Shown: in pieces, positions 39,028 through 55,628 of the stretch
Layout of the letters: the number at the start of each line of letters is the position of its first letter
Numbering within the stretch: position 1 is the stretch's first letter
Assembly (NCBI GenBank): GCA_001179505.1
Contig: CDMY01000366.1
Location: forward strand, 310,001 to 374,000
From: Vitrella brassicaformis CCMP3155
Lineage: Eukaryota > Protista > Chromerida
Length of the DNA stretch: 64,000 bases
Direction of reading: 5' to 3'
Notes under the pieces: model-generated
Told to the model about the DNA's origin: nothing
Database searches by the model: none
The model's input: only the letters and a program-made list of their open reading frames with translations
Made by a program: the position numbers and the translations under genes

Positions 39028-40009
39028 TTAGAGGGCCACTTCGATGCCGGCTTCCTTGAATGTTGTCATGATGTCATCCATCTGGGGCAACCGACCCTCG
39101 CTGAATCACACACACATACACAGAAGGGCGAGAAGGCGTCATTTGGCGACCGCGGTGCACATCAGTGTTCTTTTTGAATGCACACCTGAGGCTGGACCAC
39201 ACGAGTTGTCTTCCCTTGTAGATCTCGAAGGCGTGGGTGGCCGTGAGCGTCGACTGCACCAGATTGCCGACGAAGAAAAGGACTACGAACGACATCATCT
39301 TGTTCTGCTGCAACCTGCACACACACACACACACACAGGTGGTCGGTCCGTCTGACTAACATATGTGTGTGTGATGGTTGCCGTACGCGTCGATGAGTGG
39401 TGGTGTTGGGTCCAGCCCGAAGAATTGACATATGGTGGTGCCGGCGAAGACGCATGCGAACCCAGACAGCTGAACCACCATGGCTACCGACGCCATGCTC
39501 TTCCGAAGACCGCTCGGCTACACATACATACAATGGAATCTACCGTTTCGTGCTGTGCTTGCCGTCCGTCCGTCGACGCGCGCGGCGCGCGTGTGTGTGT
39601 GTGTGGTCGCCTGGCTGGCTTACTGACTGACCTCGTAAGGGACGCCCCTGACCCGGTAGTTGACGACGGAGCGGGTGTTGATGAAGTTGGCCACCTGCTG
39701 CGCCGCCCCCTTGTACTGTCAGGACTGGCAGTACTGAATCGTGATGGTGTCCTCGTCCACGTCAGCTGGTAAAGGGTTGACCGCACGCCAGAAACTCCCA
39801 TTCGTACCGAAATACCCTCCCTCCCCCTCGGTGGCAGTCCCTGGCCTCCTCTCCCTCTGATCTTCATCTTTGGGTAAATGGTGGCGCTCGTGCGGCTGCT
39901 GACTTGGTCCTCCTTCTTTGATGGAGGGCGCTGTGAGATCCTGCACCAGTCGGTAGGCCACCAGAGCCGCCACAAAGGCAAGGCCGTAGTGGTATGCTTG
40001 CAGCTGCAT
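39028..40009 (-). CDS. SELENOT: Selenoprotein T (4 exons: 40009-39632, 39517-39387, 39314-39186, 39100-39028; Sec UGA at 39721-39719; 236 aa)
   Basis: TIQYCQS-TGA-QYKGAAQQVANFI reads through as a CxxU motif. Downstream exons QNKMMSFVVLFFVGNLVQSTLTATHAFEIYKGRQLVWSS and GRLPQMDDIM match SelT. All three splice junctions are in phase, and a SECIS lies downstream. Confidence 0.93.
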
Positions 40010-40225
40010 ATGCCGATCTAAGGATGTCCTGCGGCTACTTCTGAGAGGCCAGCCACGCCCTGAGGCGCGTTTCGGCTCTTCATTGCTGCGCGAGCTTCGC
40101 TGTTGCGCACCAGCGGTTTCAGGGAACGCCCTAGGGAGCTACCCCCGCAGCTTCCTGTTGTGCGCGCAGCGGTCCTCTGTGGGTCTGGGTGCACCTGCGT
40201 GCGAGGAGTGTGCAGACCGTTGGCC

Positions 40226-42561
40226 ATGCAGTCGTGTGGGTGGATCTGCTGCAGACCAGCCCAAGTGAGGGACCACAACGAGCTGCTCGTCCAGGACAAT
40301 GGTAGGAGGCAATGGAGGCCAGATCACACACGACAACGCTCCCACATGCCCAATCGCTCTTGCGTATTGATCTTTCCCTCCCTCCCTCTCCCCCGCAGGT
40401 GTGCACGACGCCAACGCCATTCAGAGCATCCCCTCTGCCGACGGTCAGCTGAGGAAGCAAGGCAAGATGCCCATTCACAACCCACCTCTCCATCAATCTG
40501 CTCTACTCTGCTTGATCCATGTATCTCCACTTCAGGTGTGCGCAGTGTGGTGGTTCCGCGAGGCTCCAGGAGGGACACAATCTACCAACCGCCCAACGTG
40601 TTCCAGCTCGTCACGGGCACTGCGGGTGTGATGCAGCAGATCCTGCAGGAGAACCAGGGCGGCCCCATCGCCTTTGACGCGCCCATCGAGGTGGACGAAG
40701 AGGACAACTACGTCCAGGAGGGCGGACACGTATTCGTCAACGGCGTCGATGGCGCTAAGCAGACGGCAGAGAAAACCATCTCTACCACGGTCAGTGAGCC
40801 AACTGCGTAGCCGCAGATATCGAGATAGCCACCGGTCTGTTTGTCTGTTTCTTCTGTCTGTCATTCTTGAATGCAGACGCTGTCACCTGGCGCGTCGATT
40901 GACCACCTGCAGGATGGGATGGAGGCCGACGCGGTGCGGCCGCGCGTCGCCATGCGCTTGCTGAGTCGGACGGGCGACAATGTCGAATGGCTCTCCTTCG
41001 AGGAGAGAATTCTCGTCGGTCAGTGCAGGAACACCAAGAGAGACAGACGGTCAGACAGACGGTCAGACAGACAGACAGACAGACAGAGAAGCAGGGAAGC
41101 AGGTCAGGAGCCCATTGTTGTCTACGTAAGGCGCTGCCTGTCTGCAGGCCGTTTACGCGAGATCCTCGCCAAGGATTTGGCAGAAGTGCCTGCGTTTCCT
41201 GAGCTGACGGGCGACATTCGGCTGTTGCGGTTCATCCGGAAGTATGCCCGGCCCCTCCCACGCGCACACACCGTCGACATGGACGCCGCCAAGCGCTCCG
41301 GCGCTCACCGCAGAAAATCACCACGTCGATCGCCGTCCGTCAAGCTCTCAGATCTGGTATCACCTTGAGCTGCAATGAGCATTGAGTGCCCATGCAGCCC
41401 AGTGTGTTGTCGGCGCTTTTTGTTTGCAGGAGCCCCGGCTGCAGCAGGTCGCCAAGAAGTACCGTGCGATGCTCAAGTGGCGGCGTGAGAACCAGGTGGA
41501 CGAGGTGCGTCAGGAGATTGTGAGCAGGGACATGACGGTCAAGCAAATCTATGAGGAGAAGCAGGGCAACCTGGTGTGCGAGTTCTGCCCCACCGAGATG
41601 GCCTGGGGCGTCGGCAAGAACCCCAGGGGCGAGACCAGGCTCGTAAACATCGAGGTCCCCGGCACCTGGAACACAAAAGGTCCGTCGGTGGGGTGGCCAC
41701 ACACACAAACACACACACACTCACGCACACACACGAGATGGGATCCATCGAGCCGGCCAAGAAAGAACGCATCCACTGGGGTCTGTCTGTCTGTGTCATG
41801 TGTCTGTCGTGTGTCATTCAGGTGCTGTTGGTGCATTGCGTAAGGGCAAGCTGACAGTGGATGAGTTCGTGCGTTTCTGGATCTACATCGTGGAGTTCCT
41901 ATCCATCCAGCTGGACACCCTCTCCCGCCAGGACGGACGGCTGGCCTACATATGCGAAATCGTCGACCTCAAAGGACTGCACATGGGACAGGTAGGTCTA
42001 CCTGCTAACCAGACAGACAGACAGACAGAGACGACAGACGTGCTATCACGGCAAGGTGATCAGATCTCATCTCGTGTGCCTCCCTGTGTGTGTGTGTGTG
42101 TGTATCTATGCAGCTGTCTCCTGCGTTTTTCTCGTCTCTGTTGTCGCCGTGGGTGTCGTTCATGCAGGCGCACTACCCCGACTTCCAGGTGGACGAGATC
42201 GTGATTCATGCATGGGTGCGACATGGGTGCGTTGATTCATGCGCAGGGCGAGATCGTGATGATTAACGCCCCAGGTGTCTTCAAGGCCATGTGGAAGGTC
42301 TTCTCGGCACTCAACCTCATCGACGAATTCACCATGAAGAAATTCATCGGACTCAGGTCACCACACACACACACACACACACCGCACACACAGGTGGACC
42401 CAGTGTGTGTGTGTGTGTCGATTCATTGATGCAGTGGTGAGATCAAGGATCTGAGAGGCTGGTGGAACAAGCTGGAGGTGGTCCCCCTGGACCACACACG
42501 CACTCTGCGGTTCGCCCCAGCGGAGATAATGGAGGAGGACGACCTCAATCTCACTGTCTAG
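40226..42561 (+). CDS. SEC14/CRAL-TRIO lipid-binding protein (multi-exon)
   Basis: GDIRLLRFIR, YRAMLKWRRENQVD, EIVDLKGLHM, MQAHYP, IVMINAPGVFKAMWKVF. Confidence 0.88.
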
Positions 42562-43018
42562 CCTTGCTAGTGCGGCCAGCGCCTGTGATGAGTCCGTTTG
42601 TTTGATCTGCATACATACGTAAGTATGTGTCTCTAAGGGCCTAGAAAGGTGGTGTCAGTCAGTCATTTCGGATGGACGTGCTAGTGCTAGTACAGGAGGT
42701 ACCTACCTACTGATTGGGTCATTGGTTGACTGACTGGTGTGGTGTGCGGTGCCGTGCGTGAGGGGCCGGCTGGCTGGTTGGTCTCGCTTAAGCTTTCGCT
42801 AGCTAGTTTTGGCCATCAATCAGTTCAATCAAACGTCGGACAGAACATTTGCTCTCTAGAGTGAGTCGGTGGCGGCGTGCACGTGTGTGAGGTGTGTGTC
42901 TGTCCCTGTGTGTACAGCTATTGGCTGTACGTCACGTCAGTGACTGAGTGTGGGTGGCTTGAGTGAGTGTGACTTTTCTCAATATATCATTGCAATCATA
43001 CCAATGCACATCATCGCA

Positions 43019-47807
<4,789 letters not shown>

Positions 47808-47809
<2 letters not shown>

Positions 47810-49998
47810 GGCAGAGGACGCAGCAGCAGCCCTGAGAGAGCAGATCCGTCAGACAGAAGAGCAGCTGAAAGAGCTCGAAGCCCTGCCAGCCTCTGAAGAG
47901 ATCACAGCCATCAAGAAGGACCTCATCGCACTCATCAGCAGCCTGCAGGAGACGCTGCTCCAGCTGACCAAAGCCAGCGCCTTGCATTCGCTCGAACAAG
48001 TCGCCAACGGGCCGGAGAGTGCCTCCGGTAATTAAGAAGTCCGGCCAGACGAGTCGAGTTGCATGCTGTTCTCGGTTGTCATTTATCAGTCAGAGAGCCT
48101 CTCAGATCTGCGCGTTTGCTTGATCATCTTAGCCCAATGCACTGCACGCGGCCGTGGCCACTGTCGATACATCCATTCTTCTGTGTCTTGTGTGGGGACG
48201 TCTTGTCTTGTTCCTTCCTCAGGTGCCCCTTCCTGCCCCTTCAAGGAGATCGCAGCCGTGCTTTCCTCACCATCCCCATCACCAGAGCATCCCTCAGGCT
48301 CAGCCGCGCCGGCCACCGCTGCTGCTGCTTCCGACGACCTGCCAGCGGCATCTATCGACTCACTCGTGGGCTCCCGCGTCCTCTTCCCTCGGAGGGCTCT
48401 CAACGGGGCTGTCACATGGCGAATCGGCATTATCGAGCAGCTGAGGAGGTCTGATCACGATGCGCAGCGGCCACCTGAAGGTGGTCATCGTGATGGGGAC
48501 GAGGATGAGGGTGACGGCCTCCTCATGTGCCTGGTGTCTTATGCGGCTCCGCGGGAGAAGGGAGAGACCCGCTGTCGGCACATCCGCAATGTGAGCGAAT
48601 GTCCCTATGGACCCTCTTGCCGGTTCTCTCATGGTGTATGGGTGGAGCTGGATGCGCTGCAATCGCTCCCCTGGCACCACGAGGACATCTCTGAGGGCAA
48701 CAAGGTGGAGGCCCGTTTCTCTGATGGCCTGTGGTACGAGGCCACAGTGACGGAGGTGACACCTGATGGCCGCGTCAGGGTCCACTTCGACCCACCGCAC
48801 AGCCACGACTTCACCCTGCCCCCCACCGCTATATTGCCGCGTGCCGACGTCTTCTATGGTGGCTCTATCTCGAGCAAAGACGACCAAGAAGACGGCCAAG
48901 AAAACGAGCCATCCCGCCCGTCTCCCTCTCCCTACCCCTCCCCGGCCCCCTCTCCATCAGACGAGGCCATCGGCTGGGGCGGGTCCGACAGCGAGTCAGA
49001 TGGCGATGAGGAGGAGCAGCAGGGATTCCACGCGGTCCAGGAGCAGTTTGAGCACCCCCACGTGGAGGAGTTCGGCAAGTGGGAGCAGTTTACAAAGGGA
49101 TTTGGCTCCAAGATGCTCAAGAAGATGGGGTGGAAGGGCGGGGCACTGGGCAAGGCCGACCACATGGACCATGACAAGAGGATCGTCAACCCCATCTCTG
49201 TCAGGGTACTCCCGCCCAGGTCAGTGAATGCAGTGAGAGCACCAAAACCAAACACACATGAAACCCACCCAGCTCTTCTGTGTCTGTCTGTGTCTTCCCT
49301 CATCCAGGCGGTCTCTCGACTTCATCTCAAAGCCCTTCAAGAAAGGCGCCAGCAAGCGACGCGGTAAACGGGGCAGCGGCAAACGCAAGCTGGCGGCGAA
49401 ATACGGCGAGGCATGGCTAGCGCAGCACGGCCCCTCTGCCCCGCATGAGCGCGGCTCCTTCAAGCTATTGAATGACGGCCTGATGCAGGGGATGGGCCAG
49501 AAAGCCGACAGTGCAGCAGCTGAGGCGCGAAGGGCAGAGGCCAAGCACCAGCACGAGATGGAGAAGCTGCGACGGTCTCAGACGACCTCTGAAGGCGACC
49601 TGAGGAAGAAACTGGTGGCTTGCCAGGACAAACTGAAAGTCGCCCGATCGCAGCTGAGTGGCGCAGAGGACCAGCTGAAGCGACACCTGGGTGAGCGGAG
49701 AGGCAGACCATACACCTGTCGGTAACTGGTCGGTCATTGTGTGTGTGCTGTGTGTGCGTGCGTGTGTGTGCAGGTAAGGGTGCTGTGACGGAGCTGCAGG
49801 CGACCTACGGTGGATCAGTGGCGGCCAAGAGGAAGGAAATACAACGGCTGGAGGTGAGGTGGTGTGGGAGGGAGGGGTGGCTCCCGTCGAGTGGTGTGAG
49901 GGTCGGTTGTGTTGATTTGTGTGGCTTAGGACGAGGAGAGGGCGTTGACAGAGAAGCTGTCAGGCAACCGGGCAAAGAAGAAACTCAAGGTCTTCTGA
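47808..49998 (+). CDS. ZGPAT: ZGPAT-like zinc finger CCCH + Tudor + G-patch protein (multi-exon)
   Basis: N-terminal coiled coil MAEDAAAALREQIRQTEEQL..DLIALISSLQETL; CCCH CRHIRNVSECPYGPSCRFSHG; Tudor-like KVEARFSDGLWYEATV; G-patch WEQFTKGFGSKMLKKMGWKGGALGK; C-terminal KKKLKVF*. Confidence 0.88.
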
Positions 49999-50816
49999 GC
50001 GATTAGATGGATGGATGGATGGATGAGCCACTTCGTCGATAGTAACCGCACAAACATCGTTTATCGTGTCCCATACATGTGTATGCTAATCATGGTCTTC
50101 GTGTGTCTTATGCCGCGAATCCGTCACGCCAAGACAAAGCGATCCCAGACGCGCCATGCCACACATGAGTGGCTCCGCAGCCCAGACATGATGGAGAGAC
50201 AGGCCCAACCGCCTGGCTGTCGATTTGGTCTGTCATCTCCCCCATGACACAGCCGCAGTGACACTGAGAGGGCAACCACAACAGATGGAAACATGGGTGA
50301 TTCAGCAAAGCAGCCAGTGAGTGCATGTATATATACACAGCCAGGCGTATACACAATAGAGATAAGAACCGATTTCTCGCACTGCACCCCCAGGTAAGGT
50401 ACCCACACAGCTCTCCGTGTCCGTATACCGCTAAACCGCTGCCTGTCGTGTTGCGCCTCCAACAGTGCCTGTCATGTCTCCGCCCAGACTCAGCCGAGCC
50501 GCACAGAACACCTAGAGAGCAGCCCACGGCGACTGACTACAAGAAATGAATGCATGGGGCTGTCCTGTCACAACCACACACACGTCAAACCAGCCGGCAC
50601 ATACATACATACATATAGGATCAGTGAGTGTATGTATGTATATGTATGCACATGGCCCCCGGAGCCGAATGGGCATCAGGTCCGAAAATGGACTCAATAC
50701 ACACATTGGGAGCTGGGCACGGTACGGCAGGCAGCCGACAAGCGCACAAAGTCGGAATCTAGCCTTCGGCAATCCATCAGCTGGCTACTGACCGGCAGGT
50801 ATCCTCCCTCCCTCCG

Positions 50817-52099
50817 TCACTGGAGTGGACAGTCTCGTGGGTTAAATCGCTCGCCTCTGGAGCGGCCCCCGCCACCGCCGCCCATCTCTTCGTCGTCGTC
50901 GTCATCATCATAATCGTCGTCGTCCTCGTCGCCGCCACACGGGCAGGGGAAACCGCTGAGGCCCTGATGGACCATCGTTGATACACACACGTATAGTAAG
51001 GAGGGAAAGGTTGTGGTGAAAGGTGGGGCAGCCTCACTCACCGTGAAGTAGTGGTTACCGCAGTGTTCACAGTGGGCGTTGCGATAGTCCCCGATGCACT
51101 GGCCTGATTGTGCACACACATAGCAGCCACGTAGGTGGTGGTATGGAGGGTGTTCTCCTACCCACCTACCGTAGCCAGGACATTGGGAGCAGTGGTGGTG
51201 GAACTTGCCGCAATCGACCTCGGGACTGCACGCCCAGATCCACACCCACCCCAGACACATGTCCATCCATCATCCATCATTCCTTCGTACACTCACTTGC
51301 CGAGGCACAGCCGTGTGACGTATGCGCGCCAGTGGCAGTCCTCCCGCGGGCACACAACACCACCGCCCTCACTGCCGTCCTGATTGATTGATGACACAAA
51401 CGCACACACGCACATACATCCATGTGGGCATGAAGCTGGCGACGCTGCCCATGTCATGTGTAGGATGGACCTTCGCACGTATGTACCTCATAGTCCCAAC
51501 CTACGTTGCCCTGGTCGAGCTGCACACAGACGCATCGATGCCCACAAAAACACGTATGGGTTGTGTCATCCATCCCTACGCCCTGGTCCATGCCTACCAT
51601 ACCAGGTCACGCATCGTGACACTGATGCGCTTGTTGCAGTCCTCGCACCTGGTCTTCAAGACGATCACCCTGCAGTGCACACATACATGCCATGCGTGCC
51701 CATGCCCAGACCATCCATACAACACATCTTATTCCCCCATGGAGCCAGAGAAGAAAAGTAGGGTGACGTACGATAGCGGGTCCTCCTTTGAGAAATCGGG
51801 CTCCAGAAACCGCTGCGCAATGGCCGCCTTCAGGCACCTGCATGAGACAGAAGACGGATCCAGACAGACAGACAGACACAGACCGAATGAAGAATGGCAT
51901 GCTTCGCCCGATGCATTCATTCATTGATGGTTGCTTACATGTTGACCTCCTTTGGATCTTCAACGCCGCACCTCCTGAGGATCTCATTCACCCTCCTCCT
52001 CTGCTCCTTCAGCCCCCTGTTGGTGAAGTTGCCCTCGTCAGCCCCATCATCCTCATCCTCATCCGCACCTCCTGCAGTCCTACTGCGACGACTCGCCAT
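50817..52099 (-). CDS. Uncharacterised Cys/His-rich (putative multi-zinc) protein, multi-exon
   Basis: Short exons read RCLKAAIA, RCEDCNKRISVTMRDL, WDYE, VVCPREDC, RLCLG, DCGKFHHHCSQCPGYG, QCIGDYRNAHCEHCGNHYF, GLSGFPCPC, followed by a poly-Asp tail. Confidence 0.8.
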
Positions 52100-52180
52100 C
52101 CCAAAACAGGTCAAAACAAAGTGCAGGGTTTGAAACCCTGCAGGGTTTGGGTTTCGACCGTTGAACGTTGACTTCACGCA

Positions 52181-53971
52181 GTGGGTTGCTTGCGAGAGAT
52201 GATGCGGCGGCGGCAAGGCCTGAGGGCCTTCCTGCTCGGCCAGCAAGCCGAGGGAGATGTCGTTCCGTGTCCTTCAACTCCATATGCGTCGGCAACAGCG
52301 GTTGCTGGGGAGTGTTCGTGGCTGCTGTCGGTGCTGTATTGCGTCGGGCTGGTTATGGATGTCACCGACATGTGGGGCCACCCATGGAGCTGCGCGCTCA
52401 TGATGGTCTGGACGCTTCTCTTCGCCTGGACGAGGCATCCCCTTTTCCTCGTGGCTGCACTCGTTAACGACCTGGCTCACGTGGCACCCTACTGGCCTGA
52501 CGTCCCCAACCACTCCAACCTGATTGTGTTCCTGGACGTCATCATTCTCATGTGGCTGCTGTGGGACGTGTCGCTTGCGGTTGTGAGGCACTTTCGGCAT
52601 CGCGGCAGCAAGGACGGCCTCAAGAAGGGGTCGATACGGTCGGGGGACATCCTCCAGGTCATCAGCAGCAGCATGGAGTGCTCCGCCTACCATCGGATCA
52701 TGCCGCTGCTGCCCTTCCTGTTCTCGGTGCTGTACTGGTTCGCGGGCTTCCACAAGCTCAACTACGACTTCTTCACGCCCCCACAGTCCTGCGTGGCCGA
52801 CTTCACCAGACGCATTGCTGGGGGAATGGGCATCCAGCACCACCAGTGGCTCGCTGACCTCCTCCGCCCAGACACACAAGCCGCTGCGATGACGGTCTTG
52901 TTCCTCGGCGCGTTCGTCATTCTGTGGGAGCTGGGGTGTGCCGTGCTCGTGTGGAGCCGTCGGTGGCGTCCCTATGTGTTGGGCTTCATCGCCTTCATGC
53001 ACATGAACCTCGCTCTCGCCAAGTTCGTCAACTTCAGCTCGCTTATCAACGTCTTCATCTTGGCCTTTTTGGCCATCTCGCTGCCCCACACGACCCTCGT
53101 CAAGGCCTTTATGGAGGACACAGAGGGCAAGAGCAGGAGATGGGCCGTGTGGAGCAGGGTGCATCTGTATGTGTACGCCAATCTCCTGGCCTCGTGCAGC
53201 TTCTGGCTCATCCGGCTGGCGCCCGAGGGCAGCAAGAAGAAGCTCATGTATGTGCGGCTGAGAGCTGCCGTCTTCATCGTCAGCACCATCCACCTCCTGG
53301 CCACTCCCCTGTATCGCGCCATCGTCCACCACTCACGGCAGCAGCCGAAGACTAAAGCCAAGAGTGAAGACAGCCCGCCCCCTCCCCCAGTGTCTCTGTC
53401 ATTCTTCCAAGCGGCCCGTCGGCTCTCGTGTCTCAATTGGGTGTACGTGTTGCTGATGGTGCTCTTCTACCTGATGCCCTACCTCGGCCTACGGACGGCA
53501 GGGTGCGCCACGATGTTCTCCAACCTGCAGATCGAGTCGGTCGCCTACCCGCCTTACGCCTCGCGCAGCAACCACCTGCTGGTCTCCTCCGACGCACTGA
53601 GGCTCTTCAGCTACACCGACGACCTCGTGTACTTCCACAGTTGGCCATCAGGGATGATTGGCCGCAAGACATGGGGCAAGATGACAGGGCAGGCAGTGCC
53701 ACTGGTGGAGGTGCACAAGATGGTGCGCAAGGCCATCATAGAGACCGACCCACGGCTCAACTACGGGCTGCAGTTCGCTGCCAACTTCTCCTACTACCAC
53801 CACCCCAGCGGTGCTGACGATGACGACAGCGGTGGGTGGGAGACTCGTTGGGTGAAGGACATCCGGAAGGAGGAGCTGTTCACGAGTGGGGAGCTGGTCA
53901 GCTGGTGGGAGATGAGGCTGCTCTCGTTCAGACCCATACCATTCAACGCGCCCAAGCGATGCTACTGGTAG
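52181..53971 (+). CDS. Intronless multi-pass membrane protein, HTTM/VKG-carboxylase-like
   Basis: Single 596-aa ORF with many hydrophobic helices; motifs PNHSNL, LYWFAGFHKLNYDFF, FMHMNL, GLRTAGCATMFSNL, SNHLLV. Confidence 0.75.
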   Translation: MGCLREMMRRRQGLRAFLLGQQAEGDVVPCPSTPYASATAVAGECSWLLSVLYCVGLVMDVTDMWGHPWSCALMMVWTLLFAWTRHPLFLVAALVNDLAHVAPYWPDVPNHSNLIVFLDVIILMWLLWDVSLAVVRHFRHRGSKDGLKKGSIRSGDILQVISSSMECSAYHRIMPLLPFLFSVLYWFAGFHKLNYDFFTPPQSCVADFTRRIAGGMGIQHHQWLADLLRPDTQAAAMTVLFLGAFVILWELGCAVLVWSRRWRPYVLGFIAFMHMNLALAKFVNFSSLINVFILAFLAISLPHTTLVKAFMEDTEGKSRRWAVWSRVHLYVYANLLASCSFWLIRLAPEGSKKKLMYVRLRAAVFIVSTIHLLATPLYRAIVHHSRQQPKTKAKSEDSPPPPPVSLSFFQAARRLSCLNWVYVLLMVLFYLMPYLGLRTAGCATMFSNLQIESVAYPPYASRSNHLLVSSDALRLFSYTDDLVYFHSWPSGMIGRKTWGKMTGQAVPLVEVHKMVRKAIIETDPRLNYGLQFAANFSYYHHPSGADDDDSGGWETRWVKDIRKEELFTSGELVSWWEMRLLSFRPIPFNAPKRCYW

Positions 53972-55628
53972 ACAGAGGAGAGGAGACGGGGGGGAGGGTG
54001 GGTCTACCAGAAAGGGTCCAACTGTGCGGAGCGTGCGGCTCAATCGGCATGCAGCTCGAACTCGCTGACAGTTGCGGACCAAGAGGCTGGCTGAGGACCG
54101 CGCTGAGAACAATTAGAGGATATATGAGTCGCGGGAGAGTGGCTCAAAGGAAGCCTTCTCTGCGTGGGTGCGTGGCCGGCCGGACGAGTGATGAGTGGGG
54201 GTATTTGTGCAGTGCATCGTCTTTTGCTAGTAGCATTACGGGGTGGTGGTTGTGGGTGTGGTGTGAGCCATCGGGTGTGCGTTTCGGCCGACGGCAAGTT
54301 TTGTGTGTCTGTGGACGTGATGTGTGGTGTGGTGTGGTGTGGTGTGGTATAACGCTACTTGTGTCTGTGTGTGTGGTGTCATCCCCCGATGCTGTTTGTG
54401 CTGTCTGATGAGGACTTTGCGCATCATCACTTCAACCGATCAGCGGCTCATTCGGTTCATGCATTGTGGTGGTCTGTACAGCGAGCCAAAAGGGGGTTTA
54501 CCCAGACAGACAGACAGACAGGCAGACGCGCGCGCAATATCACAGCAGCCTCATGTGTACACAGCCCCCGTGTTTGACACATCCCTTAGCCAACACCACA
54601 CAAGACCATCCATCCAAAAACACAGCCATCCATCCATCCATACCCGTCAGCCGGTTAGACAGATCACACACTTGGACAGACACACACGTGCATGCGTAAT
54701 TAGACACACGCCTTGGAGAGCACACCATCCATCCACTCGGGCGGGCAGGTAGGCAGGTCAGGCAAGGCAGGCAGTGCGTGTGTGAATTGCAAACAGAACG
54801 TTCCTCGTGCGCATGGCATGCGTCAGCTGCCTTCAGGACTAAGGGCAAAATACATATGCATCCATCCATCCATTCGCTGAGGGTGTTTCCGTAGACAGGC
54901 GATCACTCACTCACTCACTCCGGTGCGTGCCACACCACCGGACCAAACAGACCCCCGCCCAGCCAGCCATACTCCATGGATGAAAAGAAAGGCAAAAGAG
55001 AGCAACGCATGCACTACGGTCTCTGTGTGGTGTGTGGCGATGGTCGTGTGGTGTCTAGTGGGTGTGGTGGGCTTAGAAGTGGACCCGTCCGGCGAAGACG
55101 GTCCCCAACTCGGCAGAGGCGTCGCGGAGGATGATGCCGCCCACCACAATGGCGATGCACACACAGCCACCGTGTCACACACGCGAATCATGGCCCCCAG
55201 GACGCCTCCTCGGCACCGTCGTCGTCGTCCGTCACGCCACCAGCACCTGCATCGCCGCCCTCACCACCAGCATCAGCACCTGCATCGCCTCCATCCCCCT
55301 CGCCGTCAGTACCCTCCTCAGCGCTAAAAACACACCCAAAGACAGAGGGAAAGCATTGCGATGGATGATGGAGGGCGATGCATTCCGACCCCGCGTTGCC
55401 GTAGGCCATGGGAGGCAGGCACACGTTGACCGTCGACAGCACATCATCAAAATCCTCATGGTCGCCGAGAAGGAATGCAATCTGTGCCATTTTTGCTCTC
55501 TTCCAAGTTCCCCCCCGACGTAAATAGTCAGTTTCGTGGTCTCGTGAAACCTGTCATTTCGTGGGAGCAATCACCCCCGAGCGCATTCAATTTGAGCACA
55601 TTTGAGCAGCAGCGACAGGCGATAACGC

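Noticed and set aside
39719-40009. 96-aa ORF ending YCQS* as a complete small protein
   Set aside because: The stop is a Sec codon: the frame continues into SelT and a SECIS is present.
52274-53332. 352-aa minus-strand ORF
   Set aside because: Antisense shadow of the HTTM-like gene.
54990-55490. Small acidic/hydrophobic minus-strand ORFs (MAQIAF..., CIAIVVGGIIL...)
   Set aside because: Low complexity, and I could not join the pieces in frame with plausible splice sites.
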